Source of the DNA: a virus
Length of the DNA: 64,000 nucleotides
Virus record (IMG/VR): IMGVR_UViG_3300044729_003379
Coordinates: 1 to 64,000 of that record
Strand: one strand, 5' to 3'
Shown here: positions 58,876-64,000 of the stretch, piece by piece
Numbering within the stretch: the first letter of the stretch is position 1
Layout of the letters: each line of letters opens with the position of its first letter
Notes under the pieces: generated by a model
Told to the model about the DNA's origin: nothing
The model's database searches: none
What the model saw: only the letters and a program-made list of their open reading frames with translations
Made by a program: the position numbers and the translations under genes

Positions 58876-59254
58876 AATGACATTATACGCAATTATAATC
58901 AAAGATACTCAAGAACTTTTAAACCCCAAAACATTTAAAAGTTATTGGAAAAATTATGGTAATAATAGTTTATATGGATGGAGGGTTCCAAAAAAAGTTT
59001 ATGATTCCATTGGAAGAGCTAAAGCTGGATTTTCTCATGTTCCAGAAGAAATGAAAGATAAATTAGCCATCGCAGAATTTAAGATTTCAGACATTCTTAT
59101 TGAAGGGACGGAATTAAAAAAGATTCAAGATGAAAAAAAAGAAAGGCAAGAAAAAGAAAGGGAGCAGAGAAATTTGAGATATAAATTAGAAAGAGCAGAA
59201 AAAGAATTAAAACAAGCCGAAGAAAATCTGAGGAATCTTCTTGACAAATCATAA
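58862..59254 (+). CDS. Hypothetical protein
   Basis: ORF track; coiled-coil C-terminus. Confidence 0.65.
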   Translation: MGKNKMTLYAIIIKDTQELLNPKTFKSYWKNYGNNSLYGWRVPKKVYDSIGRAKAGFSHVPEEMKDKLAIAEFKISDILIEGTELKKIQDEKKERQEKEREQRNLRYKLERAEKELKQAEENLRNLLDKS

Positions 59255-59273
59255 GAAAGCATTATATTGAATC

Positions 59274-59639
59274 ATGCCATGTAACTGCGATCATTTAAAG
59301 GCAACCCAACTTGAGGTTGAAACCAGCAAAGTAGCCTGTCTTTTGGGAGAACTAAGAGGGGTTAAAATTAATAAACATTCTTGGGAGGGATACCACCCAG
59401 ATGTTTACGGAAATGTTGATAAGAAACTAGCCGATAAACTTACGAAGGAACTTTGTTCAATCCTTCAAAAAGAAGACGTTTCAAAATATAGTCTCGAAAT
59501 GCAAATTTGGTGGAGAGACCACCAAGAGGCTGATAGAAAGAGAATTGAGAAAGAGTTTAAAGAAAAAAAAGACAAAGAAGCAAAAAACAAAGCATTATCA
59601 AAATTGTCCGAATACGAGAAAAGGCTTTTGGGACTATGA
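59274..59639 (+). CDS. Hypothetical protein
   Basis: TTGACA-16-TATATT-5-ATG; MPC...WW..H...D...ALSKLS pattern. Confidence 0.7.
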   Translation: MPCNCDHLKATQLEVETSKVACLLGELRGVKINKHSWEGYHPDVYGNVDKKLADKLTKELCSILQKEDVSKYSLEMQIWWRDHQEADRKRIEKEFKEKKDKEAKNKALSKLSEYEKRLLGL

Positions 59640-59833
59640 AATTAAATCTGACAATCTTAATTATCTCGTTGGCTTTAACAGGATGTGAACGTCCAACAAC
59701 CCAACAAAGATGCAATCATAAATTCTCAAATTGGGGAGAACCAATTACTCATACAAATTGGAATGGATCAATTTCTAAACAATTTAGATCGTGTTCTTTG
59801 TGTGGAGAGGCAGAAAGTCGAATGATTTTTTAA
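59636..59833 (+). CDS. Small lipoprotein
   Basis: Lipobox LALTG-C. Confidence 0.6.
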   Translation: MKLNLTILIISLALTGCERPTTQQRCNHKFSNWGEPITHTNWNGSISKQFRSCSLCGEAESRMIF

Positions 59834-59860
59834 TTTTGGAACATCAAATAGAAAAAGACA

Positions 59861-61162
59861 ATGCTCACGAATAAATTAGATAATCCAAACTATCGAGCCA
59901 AGATCGTTAAGATTGATCGACTTGAGCCTCATCCAAATGCAGATAAACTGCAAATTACTGTTGTAGATTTCCAACGCATTATTGTTGGAATTGATACAAA
60001 GATTGGTGATTTGTTTGTATATTTTCCATTAGAGTCTCAGATTAATGATGAATTTATTTCATTTTTTAATGGGTATTCTGATGCAGAATCTAATTTGGAT
60101 AAAACCAAGAAGGGATTCTTTGGAAAGAAGGGAAGAGTTAAGGCGACCAGACTGAGGGGAGAAATTAGCGAGGGATACCTTCATCCCCTTTCTTCTTTCA
60201 ATACATTTCTTGCCGAAAAAGGCGTCAAATTCCAAGCTACCGAAAATAATATTGGAACCGAATTTGATTCAGTTGGTGACTTGTTGATTTGCCAAAAATA
60301 TATCATCAAACAAAAAGGAGAACCGGGATCAAGAAAACAAAAAGAAGCAAAGGTCTTAGAAAGACTTGTCGAGGGTCAGTTGCGTCTTCACGCAGATACA
60401 GAAGCCCTTAAAAAGAATATGCATAAGATTAATCCTGATGATTTTATTTCAATTTCTTATAAAATGCATGGGTGTAATTTTACTTTTGCAAAAGTTCTTT
60501 GCAAAAAGAAGTTGAACATTTTCGAGAAGATTCTCAAAAAATGCGGCGTTAATATTGTTGATAAAGAATACGATTGGTGTGCTGCGAGCCGCAGGGTCGT
60601 GAAAAATATCGAAGGAGAAAAAGAGCATCAACACTTTTATTCTTATGATGTTTGGACAGAAGCGATGCACAAAATCAAAGACAAAATCCAAAATGGATAC
60701 ACTTTGTATGGAGAGATTGTTGGGCATCTTCCCTCTGGATCAGCAATTCAGGGATTATATGATTATGGTTGTAAACCAAATGAATACAAAATCTTTGTGT
60801 TCAGAATAACTTATACGACGCCTGATGGCAGCGTGATTGAACTTACCCGCCCTCAAATCGATAGATATTGTGCCAAATATGAACTAGAGACCACCCCTCT
60901 TTTTTACTACGGTCGCGCAGAGGGGGTTTATCCCGAACTGGATGTAAAAGAACATTGGCACGAAAACTTCTTAAACAATCTTATTAGAGATTATAATGAG
61001 AAGGACTGCTTCATGTGCCGCAATAAAGTTTCAGAAGAAGGGGTGGTATTGGCAAAAGACGGCTTGACATTTGAAGCTTTCAAGCTTAAGAGTATTAGAT
61101 TTCTTGAAGAAGAAACAAAGCTACTAGATAAGGAACAAACAAATATCGAAGATGAGAATTGA
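59861..61162 (+). CDS. RNA ligase, Rnl2/DRB0094-like with N-terminal tRNA-binding-like OB domain
   Basis: HPNADKL; KMHG motif I; YGE; EGVV; FKLKS. Confidence 0.8.
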   Translation: MLTNKLDNPNYRAKIVKIDRLEPHPNADKLQITVVDFQRIIVGIDTKIGDLFVYFPLESQINDEFISFFNGYSDAESNLDKTKKGFFGKKGRVKATRLRGEISEGYLHPLSSFNTFLAEKGVKFQATENNIGTEFDSVGDLLICQKYIIKQKGEPGSRKQKEAKVLERLVEGQLRLHADTEALKKNMHKINPDDFISISYKMHGCNFTFAKVLCKKKLNIFEKILKKCGVNIVDKEYDWCAASRRVVKNIEGEKEHQHFYSYDVWTEAMHKIKDKIQNGYTLYGEIVGHLPSGSAIQGLYDYGCKPNEYKIFVFRITYTTPDGSVIELTRPQIDRYCAKYELETTPLFYYGRAEGVYPELDVKEHWHENFLNNLIRDYNEKDCFMCRNKVSEEGVVLAKDGLTFEAFKLKSIRFLEEETKLLDKEQTNIEDEN

Positions 61163-61454
61163 ATTGCCAAAGTTATTTGAAGAACCCGTTTTCGTTGACT
61201 TTGATGTTGATGAAAAGAAGAGAAGAATTTATTTCACTTGGGATTTCGGAATGACAGAAGATTTTTCACTTGATATGATCTTCTTGGGTATCTACAGAAT
61301 TGACGACCCGACGAAAAAGGTCATTAGACTTTGCGAATATGATTTAAACCATGCATTTGAGCATTTGCAAGAAGATCCAAATTATAGAGCTTATCATTGG
61401 GCGCTTTATGGAAATCTAAAAGATAGAAAGTGGATTAAGAATGATTCCCTATAA
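61152..61454 (+). CDS. Hypothetical protein
   Basis: Translationally coupled ORF. Confidence 0.6.
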   Translation: MRIELPKLFEEPVFVDFDVDEKKRRIYFTWDFGMTEDFSLDMIFLGIYRIDDPTKKVIRLCEYDLNHAFEHLQEDPNYRAYHWALYGNLKDRKWIKNDSL

Positions 61455-62058
61455 TCAAAAATACTGCATCTTTGACTTCGAAACAGAGGGGTTGAATTTG
61501 AAATATAGTCGCCCTTGGGAATTGTCTTACATTCTAACAAGTGGATCGAAAGTAGAAAAACAGGAACAAATCTACATCGATATTCCTGATTTAAATTTGT
61601 CGAAGGAAATCATTGAACTAACCTCTTTCGATAAACAAAAATATGAAGCCAAAAAGGTTATTCCAGAAACGGCTTGGAAAAAGTTTTCGAAATACCTCTT
61701 TGATCAAGACTACATTTTAGTTGGGCAAAACATCTTAAGATTTGACGTTTATATGATTAAGATCTTGGCTGATATTGTGAATGAACCTCTGGACTTTTCT
61801 TTCATGAACAGAATGCTTGATACCCGCCCTCTTTACCTTTCTTATAAAGAAGGGTTGGATAGGCCAAAAAACTCTTCTCTTTTAGAGTGGCAATACAAAA
61901 TTCTTAACGACAGAACCATTAAAACAAAATCAAGCCAATTAACAATGCTTAAAGCTTTTGGGATAGATTTCGACAAAAATCTCTTGCACGATGCCCTTTA
62001 TGATTGTAAAATGAGCTTGGAAATTTTCCTTCAACTTAAAAAAACACTAAAACTATGA
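61441..62058 (+). CDS. DEDDh 3'-5' exonuclease, Pol III epsilon-like
   Basis: DFETEG, GQN..FD, LDT, HDALYD. Confidence 0.88.
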   Translation: MIPYNQKYCIFDFETEGLNLKYSRPWELSYILTSGSKVEKQEQIYIDIPDLNLSKEIIELTSFDKQKYEAKKVIPETAWKKFSKYLFDQDYILVGQNILRFDVYMIKILADIVNEPLDFSFMNRMLDTRPLYLSYKEGLDRPKNSSLLEWQYKILNDRTIKTKSSQLTMLKAFGIDFDKNLLHDALYDCKMSLEIFLQLKKTLKL

Positions 62059-62330
62059 CAGTATACGAAGCAAGAAAACAGGGCTACAAAGTTAGAGTTA
62101 ATCACGTTAGAGACCTAGAGTATATTCTAGACCCAAATAGTCTAGAGGGACCATACATTAAAGCCTTCCCAGTTGTTTCTCCAAAAGGAGGTAAGACAGT
62201 TGTTGAAGTCAGAGACCTAGAAGGTAATGAAAAATTTGGAGTAGCTTATTGCCACAAACAAGACAATTATAACAAGAAGATCGGAACCAAATTAGCTCTC
62301 GAAAGAGCATTGTCTCCTCTAAACGATTGA
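62055..62330 (+). CDS. Hypothetical phage protein
   Basis: GGKT...AYCHKQDNYNKKIG motif. Confidence 0.7.
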   Translation: MTVYEARKQGYKVRVNHVRDLEYILDPNSLEGPYIKAFPVVSPKGGKTVVEVRDLEGNEKFGVAYCHKQDNYNKKIGTKLALERALSPLND

Positions 62331-62333
62331 CGC

Positions 62334-64000
62334 ATGTTTGAAGATTTTTCAGACTACGATGACTGCGAACCCGCTGGACTTGAATTGCCAAAAATTCATT
62401 TATCAGATGAAATGCTTCAAAGTCTTGATTTGCAAAAGGACGCTTCTTCGAAAGAAATCTTGAGCAGATTAATTAGACTTGGCATTCAAAAAAAGGGTAT
62501 CGATAAACTTCCAAATAAACAAGAATATTTCGCAAGAGCTAAACAAGAGCTAGATACTTTCGAAGAATTGGGTTTTACTGATTATATTCTGTTAAATTGG
62601 GATATTGTCAAATTTGCCAAAGAATCCAACATTCCAGTTGGAGAAGGAAGAGGAAGTGCCGCCGGAAGTCTAGTATTGTATCTTTTAGATGTTGTAGAAA
62701 AAGACCCTCTGCAACACAGCCTTTTCTTTGAAAGATTTGTCAGTAAAAATAGAGCAAAGAAGATAACAGACAAACATGGCAAGGTGTTTCTCGACGGGTC
62801 TTTGGCTCCAGACGTAGATACAGACGTATCTTATGATCAAAGACAATTGGTGATTGAATATATTGAAAATACACATGTAGGAAAAACATCCAAAATCCTT
62901 ACATTCAACACCCTTTCTTCAAAACTTCTAATCAAAGAAGCTGTCAAATATTTCGACAATTCTTCAGAAGAAGAGGCAAACAGAATCTCTTCCATGATTC
63001 CCAAAGAACATGGCATTGTTTCTTCTTTACAGAAAGCAAAAGAAACAGAGGGAGAGTTTCAAGAATGGTGCAACAAGAATCTTAAGATTTTTAATATTGC
63101 CAAAAAAATTGAAGGCTTAAACAAAAATACAGGAGTTCACCCATCCGGTATTGCTATTTGTTCCCAAAACATCAAAAACGTTGTCCCTCTACAATTGACA
63201 AAAGAAGGAGAACTGATCTCTGGATATGAGATGGATGACGTTGCGGATTTGATGGTTAAGTTTGATATCTTGGGACTTAGAACCCTTACTATCGCAGATA
63301 AGTGTTGCGAAAAAATTGGAATAAAACTTTCTGATATCGATTCTGAAGACCCATTTATTTATGAAGTCTTACAGGATTTCAATCATCCTTGTGGGTTGTT
63401 TCAAATTTCTGCTGACACAAACTTTGAAGTAACAAGAGCAGTAAAACCTGATAATTTATCAGAACTGTCTGACGTTGTTGCTTTGGCTAGACCGGGAGCG
63501 TTGGACTATGTTGATCAATATGTCCAGAATAAAAATGCGCCTAGAGATCTAGATTTGCATAGAGAGTTGGATGCTATCCTTTCTTCTACAAAAAACACAA
63601 TTTTGTATCAAGAGCAGTTGATGAAAATTGCGAATAAGGTTTTCGGTTTGTCTCTTGAAGATGCCGAAACTTTAAGAAGAATTGTCGGGAAGAAGAAGGT
63701 GGACGAAATGCCAGCATGGAGGGATAAGATTTTTGACGCTGGAGCAAAAAGCGGGTTATCAGATGATATTTGCGAATTCTACTGGAATAGTTTGGAAGCA
63801 AGTGCAAATTATAGCTTCAACAAATCTCACAGTATTTGTTATGCATCTCTTGCTGCAAAAACAGTATATTTAAAATACAAATATCCTCAACAATTTTTCT
63901 GTTCAATTTTAGAAGTAGCAGAATTTGAGCCAGAACCGTTAAAGGTTATTGCCGAAGTTTGTAAAGAACTTCCTTATTTTGGAATTGAATTACTCCCCCC
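62334..64000 (+). CDS. dnaE: DNA polymerase III alpha catalytic part, no PHP domain; runs off the window, absent from the ORF track
   Basis: Hand translation: GEGRGSAAGSLVLYLL, LFFERF, PDVDTD, GVHPSG, KFDILGLRTL, RPG, YQEQ, YSFNKSH. Confidence 0.93.
   Translation, partial: MFEDFSDYDDCEPAGLELPKIHLSDEMLQSLDLQKDASSKEILSRLIRLGIQKKGIDKLPNKQEYFARAKQELDTFEELGFTDYILLNWDIVKFAKESNIPVGEGRGSAAGSLVLYLLDVVEKDPLQHSLFFERFVSKNRAKKITDKHGKVFLDGSLAPDVDTDVSYDQRQLVIEYIENTHVGKTSKILTFNTLSSKLLIKEAVKYFDNSSEEEANRISSMIPKEHGIVSSLQKAKETEGEFQEWCNKNLKIFNIAKKIEGLNKNTGVHPSGIAICSQNIKNVVPLQLTKEGELISGYEMDDVADLMVKFDILGLRTLTIADKCCEKIGIKLSDIDSEDPFIYEVLQDFNHPCGLFQISADTNFEVTRAVKPDNLSELSDVVALARPGALDYVDQYVQNKNAPRDLDLHRELDAILSSTKNTILYQEQLMKIANKVFGLSLEDAETLRRIVGKKKVDEMPAWRDKIFDAGAKSGLSDDICEFYWNSLEASANYSFNKSHSICYASLAAKTVYLKYKYPQQFFCSILEVAEFEPEPLKVIAEVCKELPYFGIELLP

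Noticed and set aside
4669-63873. Many antisense or out-of-frame ORFs inside large genes (e.g. 13796, 14830, 18438, 24695, 40566, 62582, 63586)
   Set aside because: Fully nested in well-supported CDSs, with no motifs or expression signals.
8231-64000. Inteins or introns in TerL, NrdA, DnaB or DnaE
   Set aside because: Lengths are normal and no splicing or homing-endonuclease motifs were noticed.
1-64000. tRNA genes, integrase, reverse transcriptase/DGR, recoded stop codons
   Set aside because: None recognised by eye, and genes read through cleanly in the standard code. A tRNAscan-SE run would be needed to exclude tRNAs formally.

Overview
64 kb of a large, AT-rich tailed dsDNA phage genome, probably siphovirus-like: there is a tail tube and a 1939-aa tape measure, and no sheath is recognisable. 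No integrase, tRNA or CRISPR was seen. Layout: (i) 1-3.4 kb, a repeat-rich early region of ten minus-strand mini-genes, each with its own sigma70-type promoter and mostly leaderless, interleaved with repeated non-coding blocks of palindromes (TGTTC-N4-GAACA boxes, paired 29-bp IHF-like inverted repeats, TATCGCTA iterons). (ii) 4.4-35.4 kb, PhoH, a sigma-like factor, an ERCC4 nuclease, then packaging, head and tail genes. (iii) 35.4-40.3 kb, minus-strand glycosyltransferases, a second sigma-like factor, dNMP kinase and dUTPase. (iv) An origin-like structured intergenic region at 40.3-40.55 kb. (v) 40.6-64 kb, class Id-like RNR, more glycan enzymes (GT4/GT9, methyltransferase, Gmd), recombination and replication genes, RNA ligase and a split DnaE running off the window end. 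The TGTTC-N4-GAACA boxes suggest a Verrucomicrobia host (inference). Strongest candidates for new biology: a repeated LexA/IHF-site module in the early region, a virion [S/T]-G glycosylation system, and a motif-delimited cargo domain inside the tape measure protein. All product calls come from motifs and gene order read by eye; no database searches were run.
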